From Eledone cirrhosa (taxonomy: Eukaryota), in assembly GCA_964016885.1 (NCBI GenBank), contig OZ024744.1, positions 81,592,001 to 81,656,000 on the forward strand: a DNA stretch of 64,000 nt, given 5' to 3'. Positions 25,785 to 42,072 of the stretch are shown one piece after another. A program made the position numbers and the translations under genes. Below the pieces are notes generated by a model. That model ran no database searches and had not been told where the DNA came from. It saw only the letters and a program-made list of their open reading frames with translations. Every line of letters starts with the position of its first letter. The first letter of the stretch is position 1.

Positions 25785-25975
25785 GGGCGGTGGATTGGCA
25801 GTATCGGTAGAGGGTCGGACGCCATGCTTTCCAGCATAGTTATGTCCCCTTACGATCTGAGTTCAAATCCCGCCGAGGTTGACTTTGCCTTTCATCCTTA
25901 CGGGTCGATAAAATAAAGTACCAGTAATGCACTAGGTGATTGCTGGCCTTGTGCCTAAAGTAGAAACAATTATTT
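25785..25975 (+). mobile_element. MetaSINE-type SINE, full-length (further copies at ~17290-17450, 19070-19180, 33377-33570, 38490-38690, 47160-47640, 53310-53375 and 63500-63690)
   Basis: ggcggtggattggcagtatcggtagag head, gagttcaaatccc B-box and Meta-like central domain. Confidence 0.82.
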
Positions 25976-26040
25976 CTGACTTTTGCGTTTCGTTTCGCCT
26001 TTTCTACCCGCCGAAATGCGATTCTCGCTAAATCTATATT

Positions 26041-26092
<52 letters not shown>

Positions 26093-26095
<3 letters not shown>

Positions 26096-26248
26096 GGCCG
26101 TCTTAACGCATGGGCATGCTGGGCAGTTGCCTGGGGCCCCCACGAGAATAAGGGGCCCATTTGTATTTTTATTCCTGTGAGTGGTTGTGTAGGTAGGGGT
26201 CCCAGTGCTCTGCTTTGCCCGGGGACCTATAATTGTATTAAGACGGCC

Positions 26249-26251
<3 letters not shown>
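26093..26251. mobile_element. hAT-like MITE in (TA)n
   Basis: 14-bp TIRs cagggccgtcttaa / ttaagacggccctg. Confidence 0.8.
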
Positions 26252-26279
<28 letters not shown>

Positions 26280-26579
26280 CGTGAGTGAGTGTGTGTGCGT
26301 GTTAAGTATTTCCAAAGAAAAAGCTAAGGAAAAAAAGAGTGCTCTATGTATAACACAGAGCTAGGTTTCAGGACTTAGACAATATTAATATGAAACCTTT
26401 GGTAATGGAGTAGTTATATTGTGTTGTTTACTTTCTAATTAAATATATATATATATAGAGAGAGAGATTACAATAATCAAAGTTCAGTTTAAATCATTTA
26501 TTTGCTTACAATTGTTTCCACCAAACCGAGTGGCAATAAAAGAAAAATTAATTCTTACTTCCAACAAACTAAATCATAA

Positions 26580-27200
26580 CAGACGATAAACCTTCAAAAT
26601 AACATTCAAAATAACATTATAGCAACTAACCATAATATCAATGGAAATAATAGTATTAGTACTAGTGTAAACATTAACGCTGCGTACGACAACCCACATA
26701 ACCATAACCCTATAGCTAACATCCAAACTTCTACACAGCATAGTAACCGGCAGACTAACACCCAGAATAATTGTAACTGTAGATCAAATAGAACCTGCCC
26801 TTTAGATAAAAAATGCTTAACCAAGGATATCATATACTCATGTACAGTCACAACTAACAGCTCTTCTGAAACCTACATAGGCTCTACTTCTAACTGCTTC
26901 AAAACTAGATACAATTCGCACCTCAACTCTTTCAAAAAACACAGTCTAGCCAACTCCACTTCACTATCTAGCTACATACACTATCTAAAAACTAAAAATA
27001 AAATATATACACTTAAATGGGAAGTGGTAGGTAGTGCAACATCGTACAAACCACCTAATAAATTTTGTAACCTCTGTCTACTAGAGAGCCATACTATCAT
27101 CTTCTCCAACCATAATCTCCTTAATAAAAAATCAGAAGTGTTCGCATCTTGCCAACACCGCTTCCGACACTCGTTCCAAAACTTTAAACCCTATATATAA
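26580..27200 (+). pseudogene. PLE C-terminal GIY-YIG endonuclease (no ATG, absent from the ORF track)
   Basis: Hand translation: N-rich linker, then NCNCRSNRTCPLDKKCLTKDIIYSCTV...TYIGSTSNCFKTRYNSHLNSF...LKWEVV..FCNLCLLESHTI..LLNKKSEVFASCQHR, with TAA at 27198. Confidence 0.88.
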
Positions 27201-29161
27201 CAATGTCAGACTGGAACCGTCACCACCCCTAGCAATTAGCATCAGTAACACACCTTACACCTCATCTCCACACCCATTTATATACTCTAAGGGTAATACT
27301 GGCAGCATTTTAGTACCATCTATCCTGGGAATACCCCCATGTACTTCTAATTCTGATATCTCGGCCGTGGACTACTTAAACTGCATTGCACAAATATATG
27401 ATTAATATAAACTGTAGACACGGTATTGGTTGTGATAACATAATCCTGTGCATGGAATGCCACCATGAGATAGATTGATGATTAGGTAGGTAATCTTATT
27501 ATTATGTGACTATATACTATATACGATCAGTTCAATGAATTATGCATAGGTGATACATGAGTTAGGAGTTTCTGTGTTGCTTGATGACCTGATTGGTATC
27601 TTTTGATGAGAGAACTGGCCACCGGGCCACCCTGGTGAATTTACCGGGGATGCAGTCATACTATGACCTGAATCTTGCCGGGAGTCTTGTATGATAATAA
27701 GACCATTATTAGTAGTGAGACCCATATAATTAATTTTGTAGTCTGACTCTTCTTATAGATTGTCCAGGTGTGGCACTCCATATTAGATTGTAATCAACAT
27801 GATATGAACTCCTTTCGTACTTATTAATAGACTCCACTCTAATTTGTAGATAAGATACCTAATTTAATTTATATGTGAGATGGGAGTTTATGTATTGCTT
27901 GATGGCCAGACTGGTGTCCTTATATGAGAGATTTGATCTCCAGACTGTAAGCATCATGATATGAACTCCTTTAGTACCTATTAATAGACTCTACTCTAAT
28001 TTGTAGATAAGATACCTAATTTAATTTTATATATGAGATGGGGGGAATCTATTGCCTGATGGCCAGACTGGTGTCTTTGTATGAGAAATTTGATCTCCGG
28101 ACCATCTTGAAGATATTCAGATTTACCAAGGATTCAGACATACAATGACCCAGAGCCTACCGGGAGTCATATATAATAATAGGACCATGCCAGGTCCTGC
28201 GGGAGGAATTACATTTACATGGAGCATTTATTTGGGAGTCTGACTCCTCTTATAGAATGTTCAGATATGACACCCCTTAATAGAAGGTAATCATCCTAAT
28301 ATATACACCCTAGTACTTCTTAATGGACAACACTGTAACCTATAAATAAGTAACATACTCTAGAAATTAGTTATAACATCATATGATAGGCACTTATTTG
28401 AAAAACCATTAATGTAATTTAGGATAATAAATTTAACTAAGAAAACCAGCTAGTTACCCCCCCCTTACGCATTAATTCCCCTTGGCCATACAGACACTTC
28501 CGGAATATAATATCATCACACAAAACTAAACAACATGATCTATTAATTAAGAATCGACAAGATACGGTTTATAACTTGGTTATATGCTGAACCATCGTGA
28601 ATTATATGATAGACCCGTGTTCTATATATTGCGTCTCATGGATTATGTGAGTGGTGGTGTGAGCGAAGACAGTGGTACGGTTTTGCCTACGATACAATAT
28701 GGTTTATAATATGTTTGAAATTTTTGATATTTTGGTGTTTCTCTACATTCGGGACTGTATATCATACAGGTGTATGCGAATAAATGACTTAATAATTCAG
28801 CCCACATAATAATATCGATTGCCTGCTTCAACTGCCTGACCCTGCAAATAACATTCTGACGCACTCTAATCCTGTATAAATAAGACACGCGTGCATGCTA
28901 CACGTGAGATTGTTTCATACACTGACTACTCTAAACTTTCCTCTTGCTTTATCTTCATAGACTGCCAACGCTTCATTTTTATTTTCATTTTCATTTTTAT
29001 TTTTATTTTTATTTTTATTTTTATCCTGTAACCTTTATATGTAAATTGCCATGCTATATCATTTTGATGGATGTCATCCCACTGTGGTTCAATATGTGCA
29101 TGTGTTTTATATGTCTCTTGTGTTGAAAAGGAGGTCAAGTATGTTATAGATCAGTAAATAG

Positions 29162-29210
29162 TTGCTCCGAAGAATCCAAACCTCGGTTTGGAGGAAACAA
29201 TTGTAAGCAA
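29162..29210 (+). ncRNA. Type I hammerhead ribozyme, variant core (CCGAAGA)
   Basis: Stem I ttgct/agcaa; core CCGAAGA; stem II tccaaacc-tc-ggtttgga; GAAA; palindromic stem III caattg; UA cleavage site. Confidence 0.7.
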
Positions 29211-29379
29211 ATAAATGATTTAAACTGAACTTTGATTATTGTAATCCCTATATAACTGCTCTGTAAAACAACCGATGTTTCACTATTTAAGGTTTGTATA
29301 AAAAAATATATTACCATAAAAGGTTTTATTACATACATAACCATAAATAGTATCCTTAATACTATATATATATATATAT

Positions 29380-29668
29380 CATCATCATCATCATCATCGT
29401 TTAACGTCCATATTCCACGCTCGTATGGGTTTGGACGGGAGTTTTCCCACTTGAGGCAAGAGTGGTTGTCGCTCATATAGAACTATCTGGCAGGTTTTCT
29501 ACGGTTGGATGCCCTTCCTAACAACAACCACATTTACAGTGTGGACTGGGAGGTTTTTACCGTGTTACCTACACTGCCACATTACAGCGTGGACTGTGTT
29601 TTTTTTTTGTCGTGACACCTACACGATCTCATTTGTTTCGGCCTGGATGTTGTGGTACCAACATAACC
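29380..29668 (-). mobile_element. 3' UTR fragment of the RTE family at 1793
   Basis: Colinear match to 1793-2070 including the (cat)n tail. Confidence 0.75.
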
Positions 29669-29815
<147 letters not shown>

Positions 29816-30055
29816 CAACGTTGTCTCTGATCGAGACGAAGCGAAGGTCATTTGAATACATATAAAAATGAGAAAACTCATCGCCAGAACAGCCGTTCAA
29901 CAGAAAGAAAATCCACAAGGTGAGTTACAGGCAGATGAAATATAGGAATAATTGAAAGAGGAGGAGGACAAGGGATTGTCTCTCCGTCGACCACTGGCCA
30001 CTGGTCTCTGTCCTCTGAGGTATTTTTGCCCATCGCTGTCTTTGACAGCATTTAG

Positions 30056-30100
<45 letters not shown>

Positions 30101-30105
<5 letters not shown>

Positions 30106-30975
30106 AAGTAATTTGGAAGCCTCGACAATGCAAATGGGTAAATCTCCGGGTAACAAGGTCCGGTGGTGGAGAGAGATATGTAAGTGGGTGTACGGAAGGC
30201 CCATTGTCACAATTCTAGCGACTGAAAGAAACGTCGGCACGTTACGTATCAAGGAAGCGCTTTTTATCAAACGACTGCAACCGCAAATAAACAACCGATC
30301 AGAGAGAAGCGAAATGAGATGGCTGGTTTAAGTTAACAAGCGATGCAACAACACACAACACACGCACACACACACACACGCAAACGAGACAACAACACAC
30401 ACACACGCACACACAGTAGCATTCCACCATACGAACATACTACATTGCCAATACAGAAGAACAAGGCAACAACACACGCACACACACACACTCAAACGAG
30501 ACAACAACACATGCACACACACACACAGTGACATTTAACAAACAGGCAGAGAATGGACTGACAGCTAGCGCCATCCCACTCCCTCATTCGGCCGCTGACC
30601 TCTGTACGACCGACCCCATTTCACGCGCACGCGCGCTCTGCCGAATACCTCAGATATTCAAAACAACAAACAGCGAAGGACACGTTCCGGACTTGTCCGA
30701 CAGACAACCTTTTCCCCCACCCTGGAAAAAAACCCCAGTTGATGGATGTGAATCCGAAATATATAGGGACTATTAAATCTCTCCCAAGGTAACTCTTTCT
30801 TGTGTTGTTATTTCTATTTTATCCTTTATACTCTTCCCTTCATTCTACACATCTCACACATCTTATACACACCACGCATCTCAACGTACACCCACTTACA
30901 TATCTCTCTCCACCACCGGACCTTGTTACCCGGAGATTTACCCATTTGCATTGTCGAGGCTTCCAAATTACTTAA

Positions 30976-30978
<3 letters not shown>
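30101..30978 (+). mobile_element. Highly truncated PLE with inverted pLTR piece
   Basis: 30104-30193 is the reverse complement of 30885-30975. GIY-YIG C-terminal remnant ILATERNVGTLRIKEALFIKRLQPQINNRSE. Degenerate hammerhead near 30733-30769. Confidence 0.75.
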
Positions 30979-31033
<55 letters not shown>

Positions 31034-31419
31034 CTAAATGCTGTCAAAGCACGGAGGGGTACCATCGCTGAACATTAATATCGGTAAGGTATTTTTTTTT
31101 TTATATCGATATTTGTCGGGCATCCACTGATGATTTATAAGTGCCCACCTACATATATTCCTACGGACTATGTGTAGGCTTCTACATAACCTGGACATTA
31201 TTTTCCCAATTTGTAGAAAACTTCTAATGAAAAGATCGTTTGGAAAGAGAGATGTATTTTAATTATGTCTCATATAAAATAATACAACTAGTTATCCGCA
31301 AAATACGTATAGTTAGCACCCCAAACGTATAATTGGGATTATACTAAGGTATATCCTAATGTTTGTTGAGTGAGACGGAAGCCGGTCGGAGTATTGCTTA
31401 AAGCTTTCTCTGTTAATGT

Positions 31420-31476
<57 letters not shown>

Positions 31477-31574
31477 ATACTTTGGGAGGGCCACGCACCT
31501 GTTGGTTTTCACTTCAATTTATTATAAATTTCCGGTTGGCTGGTTGGTTGGTTCGATAACCAGAAGGTTGTTTA

Positions 31575-32700
31575 TGTATTATCAAAGCTCTTTCATCACA
31601 CATTCTGTGAACTCCTCAGTGACTAGGTTTTTATTTTGTGTGTCTCTCCTTTGTTCTGTTCTTCACCATCTTGTTTTTGTGTGTTGTGTGCTTCGTTTGC
31701 ACACGCGTTACATCCGTGTGTGTGTGTGTGTGCTTATTTATTTATGTGTTTATTTACTTGTTCTATCTGTGTGTGTCTGATTTGTTTTGTTAGTTTCGCT
31801 GATTGCATTCGCTGATTCTGCTGAGGAGGTCCTCCATGCTGTCGCATATATAAGGAATGAGGCAAATAAAATAAACTCATGGTATGATAGCAATAAATAC
31901 CATAGTGTAATGCTCATCAATACAATCCCTAGAGGCGAACTAGCTTATAGATTTAGAAGGGCCCTAGACAAGCTCAAATTAAATATTAAGATAGTTGAAA
32001 GACTAGGTATTCCCATAAAAACCCTAATTAGTAAAACATACCAATTTCAAAGATACCCTGTTCTGATAGGAAATGCATAGACTGCAAGCTAAGCCCACAA
32101 ACTAACTACAAAACTAGGAATGTAGTATATAGCATAAGATGTACTGAGGGACAGTGTAGGAATAAGAATATAACATACAAAGGTGAAACAGCCCATAGAA
32201 TAGGAGAAAGGTTAAGTGAACAATGGTGAGAACTCCAGGATGGGAAAATCTCATCAGTACTCCACCAACATACCAAAATAGAACATTGGGGGAACATTAG
32301 AGATCATAAAGATAAAAATGATATCCACACACAGAAAAGATGCAATGCTCAGACAAATCACAGAGGCAACAAATATAAACAAACTCCAACCAAAATTAAA
32401 CAGAAAACAAGTGGAATAACAACATCACAACTAGTAATTAAGGACAAAATGAAGACATACAGACACACACAAAAACCAAACTAATATAACAAATCACACA
32501 TAAACACATAAATAAATAAATAAAAACACACAGACCCGGATGTAACGCATGCACAAACTGAGCACACAACACACAACACACAAAAACAAGATGGTGTAGG
32601 ACAGAGCAAAGGAGAGACACACAAAATAAAAACTTGGTCACTAAGGAGGTCACAGATTGTGTGACGAAAGAGCTTTGACAATATATATGAGATATTCTTC
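31575..32700 (+). mobile_element. Truncated PLE related to the 39-42 kb element, with inverted pLTR arms
   Basis: GIY-YIG remnant ~31850-32437 (SWYD..Y.SVM, KIVER.G, RNVVYSIRCTEG.C, YKGET). Arms ~31575-31790 and ~32440-32690 each carry a hammerhead core (31581-31623 minus strand CUGAGGA; 32637-32679 plus strand CUAAGGA). Confidence 0.85.
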
Positions 32701-33898
32701 TCCACAAAGTCCGATCACCATCAGCAGAGTTTAAAGAGCAAAGGTCAAGTCGAGTCCATAAGTTGACATTATCAAGCCATCGTTTTGGTTGTCGACCTCT
32801 GCTTCTCTTACCTGTGAACTTTCCTTCTAGGTATAACTTATTAATCTACGTACATCTGCGAAGGTTAAAGCACCAAGTTGAGATCTGGCGCGGGGTAGCC
32901 TCTCTTGATGAGAGTGGGTGGAATCTCTCTGAGTCTTGATTGACAGTCCACCCCAGTGATGGTGCCACGATAATATCTCTGATTTTTGCGTTACCTTACA
33001 AACGCTCTCTTCTGTCATGCCTTGAACCAATATGGAAGAGTAGGTTTTTAAAATTAACATGAGAATGTCACTTCAGAATATGTGTATAATCTCCTTATAA
33101 TATATAACCAGCAATTTCTCTGTCTGTCCGACAGTGGAAACACGTGCGCGCGTGGTTGCTATCTCTCTCTCTCTCTCCAGCTATCCCTCTCTTTTAGTCT
33201 GTCTGTTTCTCTCACTCTCACTCTTTCTCTTTGTAACACACTAACATTCCTCCCCTCTATCGCTGTGACGAATGGGGAGATGGAGGAAGAGGAGGAGGAG
33301 GAGAGAGTCGCTTCGTCACTTCACCTCTGCCTTTCTTTCTCTCCTCTCTCACTCCCTCATTACGTACAGATATTAGGGCGGTGGTTTGGCAGAATCTGTA
33401 GAGAGTCGGACACCATGCTTCATAGCATGGGGTTACGTCCCTTTACGGTCTGAGTTCAAATACCGCAGAGGTTAACTTTGCCTTTCATCCTCACGGGGTC
33501 GATAAAATAAAGTACCAGTAATGTACTGGGTAATTGCTGGCCTTGTGCCAAAAGTAGAAACAATTATTAGAAACATTGCTTCATTTTTACATATCTAAGC
33601 ATTAGTAAAATAACTAATAATTTCAAAAGTAATTTTTCAATTCCAATTGTTATGAACAGCAAAACATTAATAATAATTTTGTTCTAAGAAATATATATAC
33701 ATTTCTGTGTGTGTAATATATATATATATACACACACAGAAATATATATATATACACACAGAAATATATATACATTTCTGTGTGTGTACTATATATATAT
33801 ATATATATATACACACAGAAATATATATACATTTCTGTGTGTGTAATATATATATATATATATACACACACAGAAATATATATACATTTCTGTGTGTG

Positions 33899-34016
<118 letters not shown>

Positions 34017-34562
34017 ATATATGGGCATTTCTCTGTTTGTCTGTCTGTCTGTCTGTCCTTCCCTAAAACTCAAATGTAGGTGCTACAGAAATATTACCTT
34101 CCCCTTCTTTTCTCCACTTTGGTACTACCAAGAGAAACACTGTCGCTATAGAAACATTACCTTCCCCTCTCCACTGACTTTGGTCACTGAGGCCGAGGGA
34201 ATCGCTGGTTGCTATAGAGACACCTTGCACAAGCCAGAAGTAACCAGTTCGAGGCGGTTCTGACTTGACACCATGCCAAGGACCATTTGAAGATATATTT
34301 CCATCGTTATATCATAACGTTTATGTATCATAACGTTTATATTTCCGTCACTAATCTCTTTTTCTCCTTTTTCGTTTTAACATATATTTATTTCAAAGAT
34401 TTCACCGGATAGATAACATATATATTTATACATGCATAAAAGACACACAGAGTGACGGTGAACATGTGGTGCCGAAAACATTTCTCATCCAAATCTCAAC
34501 AATATCAGTATATACACTAGATTTGATAGCAAAAAACTGCCCACCGGGTGGTTTTCTGCTAG

Positions 34563-36995
<2,433 letters not shown>

Positions 36996-37295
36996 TAATA
37001 AATAAGTAGATGGTAGATGTTCTCGTGGTGATATCCTATATTCAATGACCTGGGTATTATCACTTAACCCCTTTATTACAGTACTTCTAATGTATATCAA
37101 TTTCTACCAGTATCTTTCAACATAACATTGATGCAGATATGAGTATACAAATATCAAAAGTACATGTATGTATGTATGTATGTATGTATGTATGTATGTA
37201 TGTATGTATGTATGTATGTATGTATGTATGTATGTATGTATGCATGTATGTATGTATGTATGTATGTATGTATGTATGTATGTATGTATGTATGT

Positions 37296-37895
37296 AGTCC
37301 TGCAGGATGTCCAAAGTCACCCTCCTCACCAGAAACCTTGATGGGGTTGCCAGTTTAGTCGCCAACGACCTGACCATGGGACAGGTTGTACTGGGATACA
37401 TGTTACCAGTAGCACCAACTGGTGACCTGACCATAACAAAACCTGTCAAAGGGCAAAGGAGCTCTTAAGAGTCAATGGCCATCCAAAATCACCGGGAGAG
37501 ATGACCCCTTAACCTTTGTCAAGGCAGAATTCTAGGAGAAGGAAAACACCTGCAACCCTGATGGTAGACAATGATGTTGACTTGTTCTTCTTTTTGGTAA
37601 ATATCATCTTGGTTAAGAGAGTGGGACTGGCTTTGTGCAGTGCCTTTGATCACTATAAAAGCTTCACGGCATAGGCATTGCTTTATATCTGGAGATCTCT
37701 CTGCATTTGTCGTCACATGGTACCATGGGCCCAGCACTATGTGTCAATAATTTTCACAAGTGTAGTGTTTGTACCAGAGTTTTCAAGTCGCTGGCTGGAC
37801 TAAAAAGTCACACTCGTTCAGCGCATCGGTAGGAATTCTCCTACATGGATATAAAGTAGTGGCCGTACTCGAAAACGAGTTGGCAGCTGCCATGT
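37296..37895 (+). mobile_element. Non-autonomous RTE derivative, copy A (5' ~135 bp inverted)
   Basis: Homologous to 42459-43070; 37296-37432 is the reverse complement of 42459-42596; flanked by (ATGT)n. Confidence 0.85.
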
Positions 37896-37904
37896 ATGTA
37901 TGTA

Positions 37905-38315
37905 TGTTATCTCTTTCTCTTAATTTCGAGTATATTTTTTTTACCGGCCACCTTCCTGGTGGTAAGGTTGTAAAAGAAAAGAAATTGTCATCCCTTGAAT
38001 CGCAAGAATGTTTTGCAAATTTTGAAGGTGCCAGCTATCGCAACCATTTGCAGACTATGAATTAGGGAGCTGCGCTCCTTGTCCGCAAATCCGAGTTCAG
38101 TCATACCTTTGTCCAAGCGGGTTGGTATATAACCTGTAGCTCCAATAATGAGGGGTATGAAGCTAAAGGTGTATCTTGGATACTGGATTTGTAAACTCCT
38201 CATCATATGTATGTATGTATGTTTTCTCTTTCTCTTAATTTTGAGTATATTTTTTTGACCGGCCACCTTCCTGGTGGCAAGGTTGTAAAAGAAAAGAAAT
38301 TGTCATCCCTTGAAT
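37905..38315 (-). mobile_element. Two stacked 3' ends of an R4/Dong-like RLE retrotransposon in (ATGT)n
   Basis: IPLIIGATGYIP...LGF..LIHSLQMVAIAGTFKICKTF C-terminus; the 3' UTR is duplicated at ~37910-37998 and ~38225-38315. Confidence 0.6.
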
Positions 38316-38707
38316 TATGTATGTATGTATGTATGTATGTATGTATGTATGTATGTATGTATGTATGTATGTATGTATGTATGTATGTATGTAGAGAGGG
38401 AGAGAAAGAGAGAGAGAATATACAGAATCAAAAACCAATCCAAACCAAAGAGTGAGTGTGTTTTATTATTATTTCTGGTAATAAAGCAAGGGCGGTGGAT
38501 TGGCAGTATCGGTAGAGGGTCGGGCGCCACGCTTTCACACATAGAGTTACGGCCCTTGCTATTCTGAGTTAAAATTCCGCCGAGGTTAACTTTGCCTTTC
38601 ATCCTTCCTTACGGGGTCGATAAAATAAAGTACCAGTTATGCACTGGGGTGATTGCTGGCCTTGTGCCAAAAGTAGAAACAATAATTATTTCTGGTAATG
38701 TTGAAGA

Positions 38708-38769
<62 letters not shown>

Positions 38770-38865
38770 CATATATATATGATAATAAGGGCGCTGCGGA
38801 GTTGCAAATGGGTTACATATGAAAAAAGTTTGTCCTTCATCAGTGATCTTCCAACCATCATAGGC

Positions 38866-38991
<126 letters not shown>

Positions 38992-39002
38992 ATTCATCGC
39001 CG

Positions 39003-39048
<46 letters not shown>

Positions 39049-39102
39049 CGGCGATGAATTAGTTTTGCGAGGTTTTTGATATGAAATCGTTTGTCGAAAC
39101 AA

Positions 39103-41990
39103 ATATTGTTATACTTGGGGAGGGTCATATTTGTGTAATATTGCCAGAAATAATAACAGAACACACTCACTGTTTGGTTGGTTTTCGCTTCTGTGTCTTT
39201 TATATCGGTAATCTAATTTATTCGGTCCTCAATGTTGCCATTGACTGACCAACTCTCAAAAATAATACAGATACAATATAGACACAAACACATATATATA
39301 GTTTATCAAAGTTCTTTCGTTGCACATCTGCAACACCGTCAGTGGTGCTATTGTTTCCTCCCGTTGCATTGTATTTTCTACGCCATCTTTATTTAGTCTG
39401 TTTATATATTTATTTATTTGTTTATTTTATTTTGTCTTCTTTGCGCATGCGTTTGCGTGTGTGTATAGTGTTTTCTTTGATGTGTGTTCGTGATTGGGTG
39501 ACTGTGTATTGTGGACCGACATCCTAAAGCCAAGCAGACGCACTGCCAACAACTTCCAGGCGTCTAACAATGGCATACCACCCTTGTATGGGCTCCGCAA
39601 AGACCAAAAGACAGTCGACGACCCAACAACAGGACCACCAACAAGACCCGTATGCGGAGCAAATATAGCTAGCAATACAGGATCTCCTACTTCCTCTCAA
39701 TGGTTATACGCCCCATAATCAAGATGTCCCCCAGATGTATGTGACAGTACAGAGGACCTCCTCAGCAGAATCAGTGAGTGCAACAAAACCAGGAACCTAT
39801 CCAACTGCATAATAGGCAGCATCGATGTGGTATCACTGTACCCATCCATTAACATTGATTTTGCTGTGGAAAAATGTGTGGATATGATCATTGAGAGTGA
39901 GGTGGAGTTCTCCGACGTCGACACAGACGAACTGGGCCTCCTACTTAGACTTACCTACGACACTGACTACCTAGACAGCCATGACCTTAGACGTTTCCGC
40001 CTCAGTAGACCCATAAGAGGTTGACCCCTCACCATAACCTCAATGGCTAAAAAGACTCCCATGGGAAGGTGGATTGGGTGGACCAAAGCTATACGGACCC
40101 CCCAAAACAATGATCAGGTAAGAAAAATGGTCGCACATGCAATAGGGGCTAGTATCAAAACTACCCTAAAGGGCTACATATTCAAGTTCAACGAGAAGAT
40201 CTACACCCAAAATGAGGGAGCAGCCATTGGCGTCAGCATAGCTGGTGATGTTGCCAACCTTTTTATGGTATGGTGGGGAAGGAGACTTAAAGATCTCCTT
40301 GATGAGAGCTCCATAGACCTCATCATGTACTCTCGTTACGTAGACGATATCAATATAGTTATAAGAACATCCCCACAAGAGAGCACTAACAAGTTTGATT
40401 TAGAACGTAGCACAATGGAAAGCATCCAGCAGATAGCTAATTCCATACACCAGAGTATAACTGTAACTATCGACTACCCTTCCAAACACCCTAACAATAG
40501 ACTACCTGTATTAGACACGGAACTCTGGATTAACACTATAGACGAGAGAGCCCAAATTCTCCACTCACACTATGCTAAACCCATGGCCTCCAAATACCTG
40601 ATACTCAAAAACTCAGCAATGTCCAGTAGTGCTAAGTTTAATATTCTGATCGCAGACTTGGTACGAGTGATGAAGAACGTGTCCCGCATGTGCGACCCAA
40701 CAGAAATGGAAAGACACATCCAACACTTCATCAACCGCATGCAGTTCTCTGGCTACAACCAAAGAGACAGAGTCAGAGTATACGAAGGAGCCACGGAGGA
40801 GTATAAGACCCTCATAGAACTGGACATGAAAGGAATTTGTCCATTATACAGGAGCAAATCATGGAATAGCTTAGATAAGGCTAGACATAAGTTAGGGAAA
40901 GCCACCTCATGGTACGACAACCAGAGATACCAGAGTGTCATGTTTGTGGACGCTACCCCTGGAGGGAAATTAGCTAACCAGTGTAGAAAGGCCCCGAGAA
41001 AGACCCACTTAAAGATTAAGGTGGTAGAAAAGCGAGGAACCACCATAAAATCCCTAATCAGCAAAACCTACCATTTTAAGAAAACCCACTGTACTAATAG
41101 GAAATGTATCATATGTAAGGTAAACCCCCGGATAAACTCTAAAACTAGAAACGTAGTCTATAGCATAAGATGTACAGAGGGTACTTGCAGAAACATGACA
41201 ACAACATACATAGGTGTGACAGCTCGTAGCATAGGTGAAAGGATAGACCAACACTGGGGGGAACTAAAAGGACGAAAAAACGGTTCAGTACTATACGAAC
41301 ATGCCAGACAACAACACGACGGTAACATAGACAACATAGAAATTAGAATAATATCTAAACATAGAAATGACCCAGCAGATAGGCAAATCAGAGAGGCCAG
41401 TGAAATAGAACTTAGAAGGCCAAGGCTAAACAGAAAGAATGAATGGAATAACAACAACACCCAAGCAAACAACACTGACCTAAGAGAAGTATAAATAAAT
41501 AAATAAATAAATAAATACATACACAAGCACAATAACAACAAACACATATAAACACACACTAGTAAAGATAGAATACATTAACCAATACACAGTCACCCAA
41601 TCACGAACACACATCAAACAAAACACTATACACACACGCAAACGCATGCGCAAAGAAGACAAAATAAAATAAACAAATAAATAAATATATAAACAGACTA
41701 AATAAAGATGGCATAGAAAATACAATGCAACGGGATGAAACAATAGCACCACTGACGATGTTGCAGATGTGCAACGAAAGAACTTTGATAAACTATATAT
41801 ATGTGTTTGTGTCTATATTGTATCTGTATTATTTTTGACCGTTGGTCAGTCAATGGCAACATTGAGGACCGAATAAATTAGATTGCCGATATAAAAGACA
41901 CAGAAGCGAAAAGTGAAAACCAACCAAACAGTGAGTGTGTTCTGTTATTAATTCTGGCAATATTACACAAATATGACCCTCCCCAAGTAT

Positions 41991-41997
<7 letters not shown>
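39103..41997 (+). mobile_element. Penelope-like element (RT + C-terminal GIY-YIG) with inverted pLTRs
   Basis: 39103-39511 is the reverse complement of 41583-41997. Hammerhead-like core CUGACGA...GAAA at 41748-41789. The right end abuts (TA)n. Confidence 0.92.
39512..41494 (+). pseudogene. PLE reverse transcriptase / GIY-YIG polyprotein (5'-truncated, frameshifted, one in-frame TGA)
   Basis: PPLYGLRK, RPVCG, IDVVSLYPSI, GAAIG, YSRYVDD, LPVLD, NVVYSIRC, YIGVTARSIGER..H and RQIREA..LN motifs. 40043-41494 is open (483 aa). Confidence 0.92.

Positions 41998-42072
<75 letters not shown>

Larger units (their letters stand above)
26467..29360 (+). mobile_element. 5'-truncated Penelope-like element: inverted partial pLTR, GIY-YIG coding remnant and long 3' UTR with hammerhead
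   Basis: 26467-26530 is the reverse complement of ~29183-29245. The GIY-YIG frame spans 26580-27200. There is an internal ~160-bp tandem duplication at 27790-28110. Confidence 0.85.

Noticed and set aside
40022-40024. In-frame TGA in the PLE ORF as selenocysteine or readthrough
   Set aside because: The context RG*PLTIT suggests an Arg codon mutated by CGA>TGA. The copy also has frameshifts, and no SECIS was recognised.
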